Below, piece after piece: positions 51,871-64,000 of a DNA stretch of 64,000 nucleotides; the first letter of the stretch is position 1, and each line of letters begins with the position of its first letter. Below the pieces are notes generated by a model. The model saw only the letters and a program-made list of their open reading frames with translations. It did no database searches and was not told the origin of the DNA. Both the position numbers and the translations under genes were made by a program. The DNA is taken from NCBI RefSeq assembly GCF_018977255.1, contig NW_024704743.1, positions 90,088,001 through 90,152,000 on the forward strand, written 5' to 3'. The stretch comes from Callorhinchus milii. Lineage: Eukaryota.

Positions 51871-52719
51871 TGTTGATGGGGGAGAAGGAGAGGGACTGTT
51901 GTAGGAAGAGAGGGAAAAGGGGTGTCAGGAGGGGAAAGAGAAGAAGACGAGGTGCGGTGGGGGTGGGGGTGGGGGGGAAAGAGAGAAGTGGGGGAGACGA
52001 TGTTTGTATGGCTCAGCTGTTCACTGGGTAAACTTGCTGAGTCACTGGGGGAGTCTTTTTTAAATAAAACAAGACTTCCGACATTACCACTCTAGTTTAA
52101 AGCTAGGAATTACTTCACGGGATTAAATTCAAAGCATCAGCAATCCTTACCAACAGAAAGCTGCAACATAGTCCAGATAGATGCTGCTAAACTGCTGATT
52201 CAGTGCATTGAACTGGCAGCAAGAGACTCGAACACCAGTGGGCTTTCAATCACTTTGACAACTCAATACAAAGTTGTGTAAACTATTAATTGGATCATTA
52301 ATTATTGATGTTGTTTTCACTACATTTCTGTTCAATAGAATATAGCACTTCTGGCCGTTCAAATGGAGATCAGTTACTTCTCTTTGCAGATTTGTGATTG
52401 TAGTTACCTGGATTTTCTCATTTAATTGTTGGGGCATCGAGAAACAAAATAATCATTGGTCAGATTAAGAACGATGCTGTTTCAATTTCCTTTTCAACTC
52501 TGCACAAGGAAATGCAAAGAGAGAGAGCGAGAGAGAGAGAAAGAGGAATGGAATAAAATGGAGAGAGAAAGAAGCCGTTTTTTGCCAAGACCCATTTTAA
52601 TGTTTTCACATTACCATAATTATAGGTTTGACTCAGTGGGGTTTCATACATGGTATTTTCTAACAGGAATCCTTAATAAGGAATCTGAGGGGGACTCTTT
52701 ACAGTTACCCAAAGGAGGC

Positions 52720-52930
52720 AGTTTCTCCCGGGGTCCTGGCCAACAATGCCCCAGATAAAATTAGTAATTCACTTCATGGCTGTTTATGGGACATTGCTGT
52801 GCACAAATTGGCTGCTGTGCTCGCCTAGCAAAATATACAGCCACTAGACTTTACAGTAAAATCGTTGAAGCATTTTGAAATGTATCAACAACGTGATGAG
52901 CCTCTATACCAAATGCAAGGATTATTATTG
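52720..52930 (+). mobile_element. Deu-type SINE 3' part
   Basis: tttctcccggggtcctggccaaca...gggacattgctgtgcacaaattggctgc...aaatgcaaggattattatt. Confidence 0.8.
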
Positions 52931-53499
52931 TGCAGACTGTGGGAACTCTGCTCTAAAAGATTGTAATGGTGGAGAAGTCTCACAGGGCAGTTTCTTTGAT
53001 AGATCGCAAGATTAAATCCAAATATCCTCCAGAATACCCACTGTACCATCCTCTCATTGTAGCATCAAGCTGCTTTTAAACTGATGTACAACAGATACCC
53101 TGTCAAAGCAGAAACAGGTACATGTACCTCATAGACATTACACAGTAGTTTGTACAAGAAAGACACAAGTCATCGATTTGGCAGTTGAAACACTTTGGAT
53201 CGTTGACAAATGCATTTCAGCTTCTCTGCCACCTGCATAGCTCTTAATGCTATTCTTTTCATAGGAAAGATAACATTCACCCAGCACTCAAAGCACCTCC
53301 AAAATCTCAATATACAATCCAAGGGGTTGCTCCAACTGAAAGGTCAGCTTTTGTCTAATGGGCGGTGTTTAGTGATTGATGAAGCTGCTCTTCAGAGGCA
53401 ATGTTTCTATTATAAATAAATGACAAAAGTCAAAAAGTCTGAACTGGTTCAGCTTCTTAACATGACCATGACGCCCAATTTAAAAAAAATGTTTTAATA

Positions 53500-53790
53500 A
53501 GGGACAGTGCTGGGGTGTGCTATATTGTGGGAGGTGTTGTAGCATGGGAGGTGCTGACCTTCGAATGAGATGTTAAAACTAATGCCCATCTTCTGATTCA
53601 GGTGGACATTAAAAATCCCATGGCACTGTTTGAAAAGAGAAGTTTCTCCCAGTGACCTGGCCAACAATCCCCCAGATACAAAACTGTCTTTCAGTTGGCT
53701 GTTGTGTGCAAATTGGCTGCGGCATTCTCCAGTAGTCACTACACTTTCCAGTAAAATCCTGTGAAGCATTTTGAGACATCCTCTTGCCAT
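53500..53790 (+). mobile_element. Deu-domain SINE fragment
   Basis: ggaggtgctgaccttcgaatgagatgttaaa...caggtggacattaaaaatcccatggcactgtttgaa...cctggccaa resembles the Deu domain of AmnSINE1/SacSINE1. Confidence 0.78.
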
Positions 53791-54429
53791 GACACTCTAT
53801 GAGTGTTTCCGATCTTTTATTGTCAAATTAGAGAAACTATCAAGCATTGAGCTACTGATCAGTCTAAGAAATTCAGAATCCTCTTCCTTAATTGATCGTA
53901 TTTGTTTTTAGCTTACATACTGAATTAGTGAAAAAAATGCCAACATTGTAATTATACATTTATTCTAACATCAACCTAACAATATTCAGGGCGACCCCGT
54001 TAAAAGGAAGTGGTTTGAATCCAAAATCTCAGACTCCACATCATGAGGGCAATGGTCACTGGTCAGTTCTTCCAGGTCATCATGTTACTGCTCATATCAC
54101 TGCTTGCATGCTGTGTGCATGTGTGCAATATACATTGGTGTTAGCAGATGCTTCCTGCAGATAGCTCCAGTATGTGCAGTAAAGGACATCAGCAATTACT
54201 TCCTGTACGTAGAGCATATATGTACAGTTCAGGATGCTGGCCAGTCAGTACCCAGATAATACCATGCTCTCAGTATAGTATGGGTACACAATACACTTGC
54301 GTTCTAAACGGACCCATGCTAAACCAGGGCATATTATAAACTTTCTCTGTCATCTTGGAGACAATATTAATATTATTAATTGACTATCCTTTTTTTTTGC
54401 GGTGGGGTGAGTGGGGCAGGAGGAGGTTA

Positions 54430-55051
54430 GTGGGATCTCCTTGGAGTTGAATTGGCTCTGAGGTGACATGTTTTGCAATGGAATGTCGGAATCGAGCCAA
54501 CCCCCTGCGGCTGTCTCCGTAGTACAGTTCCTGAGCCAGGCGGGTCCACAGTCCTCCAGAGCACTATAGAATAGACAGGCTGGATCATACGCAGAACTTG
54601 GAAGTGCAGACCAGTCATTGGGCCAGGAACTTTTCCCACTCAACTCCTGTTAACCCTTCAAGCCAAAGCCCTAATGGGTAGGGTGTTCCTACCTGGACAA
54701 GCAGTGGGAAAGCTTGCCTGTCAGCGCTCTTCGTGGCAAGCTATGCAGTGTTAGCTGGTTAGGCTCCAGGAGTACCTCAATGCAGAGTCTGGGGTTCTGA
54801 AGCCTCGGTTCTTGCTGACTTCCACCCAATACTTTCTGGAATTAGGTAAGTAGGATGTGTCCCTCCAGGGAGAGAATGCACTTTTTATTCCAATAAACAT
54901 CTCTGGAATTTCCATGTATAGGTGGGATCCATGGAATTCTCAGTTTGGTTTGGATACACTTAAGCATTGTGATAGACATCCATCCGGCTGCCAAAAAAAA
55001 TTGTGATGGGTTTCCGCATATATATGTATACCTGGCTAACCCCCCAAAAAA
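54430..55051 (+). repeat. Unclassified interspersed repeat, copy 1 (~620 bp)
   Basis: Colinear with 58818-59377 and 63125-63655 (ctcctgttaacc, tggcaagctatgc, ccctccagggagaga, tggatac.cttaagc). Confidence 0.85.
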
Positions 55052-58000
55052 TAAGTAATAAAATGTAAGAACTTAAATTCGTTATCAGTGTTTTCCTCTA
55101 ATTCATTATCAACAACGCTAATAATAATCCTTACGTTTGATATGGCTTTCACATCAGGAGGATGTCTCAAAGCGCTTCATAGGATACACTGTAAAGTGTG
55201 GTGATTGCATTTGTAGGCAAACAGTATAATGCAGATATCATAACAATTACTCATACTCTTTCAACACATAATCAATCTAGTAAGAATTAGCACTGAATTG
55301 AATTTCCGCTGTTAATTCTCAAAACAGGAAAATTAGGTCATTTTAGAACCACCTCATTATTTTGAATACTTCAACAAGTATCTCTTTAAAAATCTCCAAT
55401 GTCGAGTTGAAACACTGCAACCCCTATAAATCAAGCTTCCCTCACCAAATATAAACCTGGTGTAAGCCACAATGAAGTAACAATTCGTAGTGGAGCCCAG
55501 CTGCTGAGTCTATACCGAGGAGGTGGTTTTGCCAAGACATCAATTCGCACTGTGGCAGCATAAATACGCTTGGTATAAATCAGTTTGGCCTTCACTCAAA
55601 AATCTCCCTTAATGTTATTGTGGAGATCAATCAGCAATTCATTGCTTTTAAAATGTAGGCCTAGTTAGTGGAGCTCTGCAGATGCACTTAAGCTGTACAT
55701 GTGCAGAGCTCTCCTCACCTTCAGCCCAGAGTAACTCAGAGCACAAAGTAAAAACATTGATTCTATCAGAATGAATTAGGCATACATCTTTCTCAAAAGA
55801 CAGCTGTCAATATTACTATAGGGAAGCATCTCTGTAGCATTCTGGGTAGTAGGGGAATGTGTTTTTTCCTTATCTGATAATTTGGTTGGTATATCTTACA
55901 GGTTTGTTATAGTGATACATCTGTCCTATCCTTGCATAAGCCACTTAAAAATAGACAAAATGACTGTTTCACCTGCATGAAAGTGCAATCAGTCAACAAG
56001 TCAAAACGGCTGCCTTGATTCATGCTTCTTATGACACAAAAGAGAATAAGCACGAATCCTGACTTGTAGCTTCAAGCATTAATATTCAAAATTTGGCTTC
56101 AGAGGATGTGAATTCCAAATTCTCCACATGCTGAATGCAAATCCTATCCTCTGATCTGGCAGCAATTTTATCACAAAGACATTTTGAGCACAGTACATGA
56201 AAGAGGAAATGGAACAGAACTATAAATAAATATAATAATAAATATATTATTGTAGAAAGAAATGGCTCTGAAAAAGACACCAAAGCATGAGGACAATTCT
56301 TTGCTGTAAGGCTATGAAACCATTGTGAATCTAGTATGGAAAATGCCTCACCATCACAGATCTGTCTGGAACAGCGTTTGCGATAACATATAGTTGTCTA
56401 ATATGCCATTTCGATGCCCCTGCCCATTTGAACATTAAGGCCTGTATTTCAAAATATTTGTAAAATATGGGATGAAATTTGCAATTTTTAACTGCTCAAT
56501 GTAATCATTTATGATTAATTTTCAAATGTCCCATACCCTTGCCACCACACTACCTCTCTGTCTCCATCTTTGTAGCACTCCGAAACTCTACACCAAGTGA
56601 AGCACGCTCCATAAATGGTTCTTGTGGTCTCCTGTGGTTGTACTCCCTTACCTACTCCCTCTACTCTACTAACTCACGACTGTTCCATGTCCCTGTCTCC
56701 TCTATTCCACCACGCGAAGCTTTCAGCTACTTTGACCCTGTTCTCTGGAACTCTATCTCTCTAAGATTCTCTATCTGTCACTCTCCCTCTTTACCTTCAA
56801 AACCTTTCTAAAAAAACTATCTCTGATGACATTTTTGGTCACTTCCCTCCTATCATCCCCTCAGCCTTCTGTGTCTGTGAAGCACTTTGATACATTTCGT
56901 TTCATGACAGGTGCTTCAGGGGGTGCTATTCAAAATGAGAATGGATTTTCTCCCAGGTTCCTAGGTATGAATCCAGATAAGTTAACATATTCACCTCATG
57001 GCTGTTTGTGTCCCAGATGTAATGCTGTGTTCACTAACAAATGCAAGCTCTCTCTGCAGTTGATGGCAATTACTTGCATGTTCAGATGTTTTGACATTAT
57101 AGTTTGGACTGTATCAAGTGTAAGGATTATTATAATTAGCGCTGTCCAATAACTATTGGCAGTGTTAACTTTTGCAAGCACAGTATTAGTGATGGTTTTA
57201 TGTTCAATAGTGAGTGCTTACCAGATGAAAGTAAATCCCTCCCAGAGTCAGTTGTTCCACCAGCTTCATTCTCAGATGATTGGCTAAGATCCTTTATTTT
57301 TAATAGTAAATTGCCCTGGACTGGCTTTTAACTTTGTTTAATACTTATTTTCTAATCGAGATCTAGTTAATCACAACAGAGTCTGCACTCTCCCCAACGC
57401 AATAATAAATAATAATAAATTGGTCATTTCAATCCACGACTGTTTGTGGGACACTGCTGTGCGTAATTGGTTGCCCGTTTCGCCCACAAATATACAGTCA
57501 ATTCACTTTACAGCATATTCTGTGAAACGCTTTGAGACGTCGAGAAGAAGTGAAAAGCGCTATATCAAATGCAAGGATTATTTAGTATTATAACTCAGGC
57601 AGGGTTTCATAAACCAATCAATGGGCCCTATTTAGTGTAGGGCTGACTATTTAGTGTTGGGCTATTTGGGGCTGAGGGGTGAGGATTGTGCCATGATTTA
57701 TATGAGCGTGTCGGAAAAAGCAAATATGCAACCCAAAAAATAATTTACAAGTCACTGCAGCAGCTGTCATTCACAATCCAATTTGTCTTGGGGACAAAGC
57801 AAAGCTGGGGTTGAGTCCCGATTTGACAGTCAGAAGATACCATTCTCACAGGAGCTGCTGCCAACCAGCAGCCATTTAGTCTTTCACATTAAACATCACA
57901 CATTGCATTCAGTGATACTTATGAAATGTCGCTATTTAAGCCCTATATTTTTAAAATCAAACAGCCAAAATGGCCATTATCAACCAAGATAAGTATTTAT

Positions 58001-58254
58001 AAGTAACTTGTCAGAATCTTCTAAGAAAGCAGGATTTGTTCTCTCTGATGAACTACAGTCTGGACGTTTCCTTTAATGCTGTATGTCAGGAAGAAATCAC
58101 ATGGTATAGACCTGTATTTATTGTTAACATGTTTGATGTATTTAGTTTAGTCTGCTGCATTACACAATTACACACTGGGGTACAATCTGCAGTATTCCTT
58201 AAATTTGCACCAATATGGTTATTATATTACTAACTGCCTAGTTATATTACTAAC

Positions 58255-58659
58255 TACCTGCCCGTACCCTCCGTTCCTCTGGCTCCGGTCTGCTCCACGT
58301 CCCCCGCCCCAACCGCCCTACTATCGGTGGTCGGGCCTTCAGCCTCTCAGCCCCGAGGCTCTGGAACTCCATCCCCCAGTGCCTTCGCCGCTTCCTCCCT
58401 TTCCTCCTTCAAGGCCGGTCTCAAAACCTTTCTCTTTGACCGTGCCTTCAGCTCCCCTCTCGACTCTCTTCCTCCTCCTCGCTCCCTCCCTTCCCTCCCC
58501 TCACCCTGACCATTTCCCCCCTCCTCTCTCCCTCCCTTCCCTCCCCTCACCCTGACCATTTCCCCCTGCTCGGGTCATGACCCAACTGTGCAGCGCCTTG
58601 GGACGTCCTCCTGACGTGAAAGGCGCTCTATAAATGGAATCTTGTTGTTGTTGTTATTA
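58255..58659 (+). mobile_element. L2 3' fragment with an internal 39-bp direct duplication (58482-58520 and 58528-58566)
   Basis: Tail gcgccttgggacgtcctcctgacgtgaaaggcgctctataaatgg...(TTG)n. Confidence 0.9.
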
Positions 58660-58817
58660 TCCCAATTAGCAGTGTTTAGTGTGAATGATAGGGGAGAGGG
58701 AAGGGAGGCGATAGAAGAATGATAAGTTTCCAGTGGCCAGCCAGGCTATTACAGCAAGTTTTGTGTGACACTACAAAATGTTAGTTTACAATATCCTCCT
58801 ATGGGGGTGGGGAGAGC

Positions 58818-59377
58818 AGGGTTCCCTTGGAGCTGAATGGCATGTCTGCCAATGGAATATTGGAATTGAGCCAGCCCTCTATGGCGGTCTCAGTAGTCCG
58901 GTTATTGAGCCAGGTGGGTTTGCAGTACACTAGGGCACTGCTAATGATAGCACAGCCAGCCTGGTTCATCGGCAGGACTTGGAGGGGCAGACCAGACATT
59001 GGGGACAGGGAGTCATGCCACTCAGCTCCTGTTAACCTTGCAAGCCAAAGCTCTAACAGGTAGGATGGTCCTAGCTAGGGAAGCAGCAGGAAATCTTGCC
59101 AGACAGTGTTCTTAATGGCAAGCTATGCGGTTTTAGTTTGTTTGACTCCAGCAGTACCCCAATGCCTTGGCTCCTGACAACCTGCGCCTAATGCTTTCCG
59201 GAATTAGGTAAACAGGCTGCGTCCCTCCAGGGAGAGAGTGTCCATTCCATTCCAACAATCTATCTCTAGAATTTCCATGTGCAGGTGGGATGCATGGAAA
59301 TCTTAGTTTGGTTTGGATACTCTTAAGCATTGTGACAGGTTTCTCCATGTGTTACACACCTGGCTGCCAAGAAAAAA
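58818..59377 (+). repeat. Unclassified interspersed repeat, copy 2
   Basis: Colinear with copy 1 over its whole length. Confidence 0.85.
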
Positions 59378-60680
59378 GTTTACAATAAACACCTGGAATT
59401 GAAGTGATAATTAATTCTGGCGCTAATTTAAGAATACTTGAGGAGTACTACAGATTTTAATCCACTGGAATTATAGAATATTACAGCACAGAAAGAGGCC
59501 ATTTGGCCAGCTCCTTGGAAGAGCTACCCATTCAGTCCCACTCCCCTGCTCTTTCCCCACTAAATGCAGAATGTAGTAAAATATAACAAAATAATGCTTA
59601 TAGCTCAATAAAAAACTAAGCCCCAAAATATCCTCCAAAATGGAACCTATCGATCTCTGAGTTCAAGAACTTTGAGTTCACCAGCTACATGCTGCATTAT
59701 TACAAGACATTGTTTTACAGACCAGCTCACTGTATTTCACATCCACGTTTTACAGATTTCAAATTAAATAAGGTTTTTTTAAAAGTCAAACAGATACCCA
59801 AAACAGTGTCCCTGGTACAAGCCAATTACTTGAAAAAATCATGTTAACATTCACATGTCAACAGTCGCTTGGCAAAGATCCAGATGTGGTTTTTATTCAG
59901 TTTACAAAGTATTTGATGTAATCCTGTCATCTGCCTTAAAGAGAACACACTTAACTCATTCAGCACTAAATACACCACTTGGCATTTTTCCATCTGATCC
60001 CAGGACAATGCCAGATGGCAGGTTTATCTCAGTTGACCAGAGGTTTGTGGCAGAAGGATGTGAAGTAGTTATAGGGGCGCTATCTTAAAAATAAGTTGTA
60101 AAGAAATAAGACGCTAATATAAATAATAATCATAATCTATCTTAAAGTTAGAATCTGATTGTTCAATAAAGATATAAAGGTTGTAAAAAATAGCCTGCAC
60201 CACAAAATATAAACCTCTTGTCTTAAACTGTGGATTTACACTTGAAATGTTGTATTTAATTTTTGTTTTGACCTGGTTAGATCGACCACTAATAGATCTT
60301 GTGATGCTGACTGCATGGTTTTCATGCATTCAGCTTCTTGGCATAAGAGCCCAATTCACACATTGCAGAATCCAGTTATTGACCTTCTGGTTTACTAGCC
60401 CAAAGATCGGCAAAAAAACAAGTTGCATAATGAAAGCATGGAGTGAGAAAAGGTCACTTGACTCTTGAAATCCATTCACCACCAGAGTCCACAATAAATC
60501 TACTCCATCATGAATTTTACTTTACCCACTCTGCTCTCTGGAAGAAAGTTCTGCATGCATGCTGTTCCCCAAAGGTAATCAAATAAAAAATATTCATCAG
60601 CCCCACATATCTACTATTCAAACCCAACCTCCCTCCACAGATGATATCCTTTTCCTTATCCCCTAGAAGTATTGCATATT

Positions 60681-60982
60681 GTGGAGTCCTGTAGGTCAGT
60701 GGTTAGAGCACTCGTTTTGCAAAAGAGAGACCTGGGTTCGATTCCTGGCAGGGCCAAACCTTAGGCAGCTTTCCTTACTCCACACGCCTGATAATAATCC
60801 CTCAAAAAATACAATAATAAATTGATCACTTCAATCCACGACTATTTGTGGGACACTGCTGTGTGCAATTAGCTGCCTCATTTCGCCCACAAATATACAG
60901 TCTATTCTGTGAAGCGCTTTGAGACGTCTAGCAGACGTGAAAAGCGCTATATCAAATCCAAGGATTATTATTATTATTATTT
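60681..60982 (+). mobile_element. Full-length tRNA-Ala-derived SINE
   Basis: gtggagtcctgtaggtcagtggttagagcactcg...gggttcgattcc...(ATT)n. Confidence 0.92.
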
Positions 60983-62413
60983 ATCTCTGTGAGTCAAATT
61001 TGAAGAATTCTTCAGTGTGTTCTGTTCCTTAATTATTGCAGATAATAATTAAGGCGCTGTCTAGAATTTGTGATGAAAAACATGTCTTTTCAAACCTTCA
61101 TTTAATGACAGGCTTGGGACTGAACAGCCCTCTCTTGACATCAGGAAAATGATTTAGAATGATTTATCTCTCAGCCCTCTCTCTCACAGTCAGTGCTGAC
61201 GTCCATGTCTTTATTTAGTTGCAGCGAGAGCCAATTTTTTGATTGCCAGGCGTGAGAAAAGCTTTTTTGAAATGTTAAACTCTTCCTTTCAAAACGATTT
61301 GGATGCCAGTATGTGGGAAAAGCGAGATGCACATTCTCCGCATTTCATTGCGAGACTTCCTGATCAGAGAGCAGATCTGGAAATCTTTAATTAGGGCATG
61401 AAATGCGCATTTCACACTTGTTTGGCAGATACTGGCCTAAATATACATTGAAAAAATTTAAAGTTGAAATCAATTGTTACAACCACAAAAAAAACACTCA
61501 CTGTATAAAAAGCAAATTAGTGGTGTTTCTATTCTTGAAAGGCCCAGAGGGAAAATATTCTCACACAGTCAGGGAGTTTTCAATGCCAAAACTATTATCA
61601 AGGGCAGGTTTTAGACACATTTTCAATCACATTTTAACTTCTCCTTGATAAACACGAGTGATAGTTAAAGAACAGAGTTTAGAAATACTGCAATTTTGAC
61701 CATATATATATTTGAGTATTAGACCTCTGTAAAATGTATTATGCAATATACTGGGGAGTTAAATCTATGAAGAGCCCATGATATAATAAATAAATCTAAA
61801 AATATTTCCTTTGATGTGAAACACTATCAGTATTTCATGTGTAATCTTTACATAGAATGTCTGTTGGATTCAAGTCCACAAAACTATTTGAGAGAAAATT
61901 AAAGACTTGAAGAAAAATAATATTAATGGGAAAAGAGCAAAGAAATAAGATTGCAATAGATGGCTCCAGTAGAGAATCTAATAGGCGTATAGACATGACA
62001 AACTGAATGGCTTCTTTACACACTATCATTTTTTACTATTCTATAGTATATACTATATTTGGTTATAAAATGTGCCTTCAAAAAATCAACATTTGGTGTG
62101 AATACACTAAAATCAAAACATGCAGATATTTCGAAAATAGAGCCTAAAATGTCTGAATAAAAGCCCACTAAATAAATGAGTGACAAGAGAGAATTGACAT
62201 CAAGGTAAAATTACATTTCCCTTAAGACTGAATCAAATTCCAATTAAGGATATAAAAAACACAGTTTGAGTAAAGCTCTTTTCTTCATTGGGCCGTGATC
62301 CATCAACCTTACTATGGACTCTACTTCACGTATTTAATCTCCTGAGGTGATTACTGCTTTCTAAAGGTACCTAAAATAACCCCCAAAGAATAATAATCCT
62401 TGCATTTGATATT

Positions 62414-62930
62414 ACAATACATTACAAAATTACATTTGTTTAACGCTTTTCACATCGGGAGGACATTTCAAAGCACTGGACAGTCAGGGATTTGGACCCA
62501 AGCTGGGGGTCGAGATCGGGGAAGGTAGAAGGGTGGCCGAAGGCTCCGTCGAAGAGGAGGGTTTTAAGACGCGCCTTAAAGGAGGCAAGGGAGGAAGCGA
62601 GGTAAAGGGAATTCCAAAGGGTGAGGGCAGAAAGGTTGAAGGCTCGACTGCTGATGGTGGGGCGGGCCAGGTGGGGGAATTGGAGCAAGCCCAGCCGGCT
62701 GAGTGGAGGGAGTGGACAGGTTGCTATGGAGTCAGCAGATCGCAGAGGTAGGAAGGAGCAAGGTGGGTGCAGGGCCTTGAAGTCGAGGATGAGGATTTTG
62801 AACTCTATCCTCTGAGGGATGGGGACCCAGTGGAGGCGGGCGTGGGTGGCGAGGTCATGGAACCTGCTGCAGGAGAAAACGTGAGCTGCAGAGTTCTGGA
62901 TGATCTGTAGCTTGTGGAGGAAAGAGTTGG
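62414..62930 (-). mobile_element. L2 3' fragment inserted into a SINE tail, TSD GATATT
   Basis: ORF 62440..62976 (LQIIQNSAA...LHWVPIPQRIEFKIL); GATATT at 62408-62413 and 62931-62936. Confidence 0.9.
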
Positions 62931-63124
62931 GATATTGTGTCTCATCATGTTGTCGAGACCTCTTAAAGTGTTTCACAGGATTTATTGTAAAGTTCAGTGA
63001 CTGTGTATTTGTCGGTGAACACTACACATATCCAACTAATGAAACTCTTACTCAGTGAGTATGGATGTATGTCCAAAGTGTGGGCAGGAGAATGGAGGTA
63101 ATGCTCTCACTCAACACGCTGATG

Positions 63125-63655
63125 ATAGACTGGCCAACCTGACTCATCAGCAGGACTTGAAAGGGTAAACTGGTCACCAGGAGCAGAGATTCTTCCCACT
63201 TAGCTCCCGTTAACCCTGCAAACCAAAAGGCGATCTTAGCAATATCAATTTAGCAGCGAAAAGCTTACCAGACAGTGCTCTCAATGGCAAGCTGTGTGGA
63301 TTTAGCTGGTTAAACTGCAGAAGTACCCCGGTGCACACTCTGGGATTCCCAAGCCTCGACTCTCACCAACCTGTGCTGAATACTTCAGCTAAGTAGGACA
63401 TGTCCCTCCAGGGAGAGAGTGTACATTCCAAACCAGAAACATAGAAATTAGCATTCGCCTACAAAACACGCAGTCATTCAAATTTAAAATAAAAGTTTGT
63501 GCAGTGCTTTGAGATCTTCCCCTGACATGAATGGCACTATTTTAAATCGAAAGAAATTCCTATGTGTGGGTGGCAGGCACGTCTGGAATTCTTGGATACC
63601 CTTAAGCTTGGTGATGGGTTTCTGCATGTATCAGACATCTGGCTGACCGAAACAA
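63125..63655 (+). repeat. Unclassified interspersed repeat, copy 3, interrupted by a SINE tail at about 63450-63545
   Basis: Shares ctcccgttaaccctgcaa, tggcaagctgtg, ccctccagggagaga and tcagacatctggctgacc. Confidence 0.8.
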
Positions 63656-63739
63656 ATTGAATTGCCACAATAGGTTTTTCTACATAGGGGCATAGAGTAC
63701 AAAGGTAAAGCAATAATGCTAAGTTTGTATAAATCATTG

Positions 63740-64000
63740 GTTAGATTTCAATTGGGATACAATGCTATTTTGAGCATCTCACTGCAGGAAGGATGTTAAA
63801 AAGACCTTGAAGAGGAGATTTATGAGAATAATTCTGGGGATGAGGCCTATAGTCATGAGGTAAGATTGGAGAAGCTGGATCTGTTTTCATTGGAGCAGAG
63901 AATGTTGGGAGGCGACCTGCTAGAGGTGGACAAAATTAAGAGGGGTTCTGATAGGGTTAATAGAGAGAAACTATTTCCTACTGGTAAGGGAATCAGTGAC
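63740..64000 (+). mobile_element. CR1 ORF2 3' fragment running off the window end
   Basis: gaggagatttatgagaat...ggagaagctggatctgttttcattggagcagaga matches the CR1 copy at 19550-19640. Confidence 0.8.

Larger units (their letters stand above)
1..64000 (-). other. RIMS2: Internal portion of a RIMS2 gene (regulating synaptic membrane exocytosis 2); both ends of the gene lie outside the window
   Basis: Spliced exons translate to ...HPVTWQPSKDGDRLIGRILLNKRLKDGSVPRDSG...PDZ...C2A...DYRHNGRDIQSSTLSVPEQVMSSNHCS. Motifs I recall as RIMS2-specific rather than RIMS1: KRLKDGSVPRD, EDLEWSEPQIKDSGVDTCSSTTLNEEH, HGESPTRRLQ. Confidence 0.96.

Noticed and set aside
51495..52031. 178-aa Gly/Glu/Arg-rich ORF, and the repeat as a CRISPR-like array
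   Set aside because: It is the product of a degenerate purine minisatellite, with no unique spacers, in a vertebrate intron.
55972..56283. Exon-like segment and ORF 56086..56283 in the large intron
   Set aside because: All three frames stop after the candidate acceptor, and there is no match to the expected upstream exon ending ...ESESVSEK.
8338..62930. Excess of L2 copies in the gene's sense orientation (about 11 versus 5)
   Set aside because: The sample is too small and counted by eye, so it cannot be told apart from chance.
54430..63655. Three equally spaced repeats read as LTRs of tandem proviruses or as a segmental duplication
   Set aside because: The intervening sequences are unrelated, with no gag/pol remnants, TG..CA ends, PBS or PPT seen.

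Overview
Eukaryotic (vertebrate) genomic DNA. The repeat content (Deu-domain SINEs, HER1/CR1-type and L2 LINEs) suggests a cartilaginous fish, which is an inference. The whole 64 kb lies inside a RIMS2 (RIM2, presynaptic active-zone scaffold) gene on the minus strand. I mapped 15 coding exons with GT-AG boundaries and consistent phases, running from 39400 down to 1465. They encode the pre-PDZ linker, the PDZ domain, the C2A domain and the start of the C2A-C2B linker. No exon was found in 39401-64000, so this appears to be one large intron. Alternative-splicing features are a pair of frame-enforced mutually exclusive exons 108 nt apart, a 48-nt cassette exon, a 27-nt microexon absent from the ORF track, and a NAGNAG acceptor. 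The introns are filled with L2 and CR1 fragments, a young tRNA-Ala-headed SINE that shares its 3' end with L2, older Deu-domain SINEs, an unclassified ~620-bp repeat with at least 8 pieces, and a TIR-bounded element whose two ends each carry a CTCF-like motif in convergent orientation. Almost all other listed ORFs are spurious or transposon-derived. I see no evidence for a wholly new gene system. The best leads are the splicing switch, the microexon, the CTCF-bearing TIR element and the unclassified repeat. TE boundaries are approximate, read by eye.
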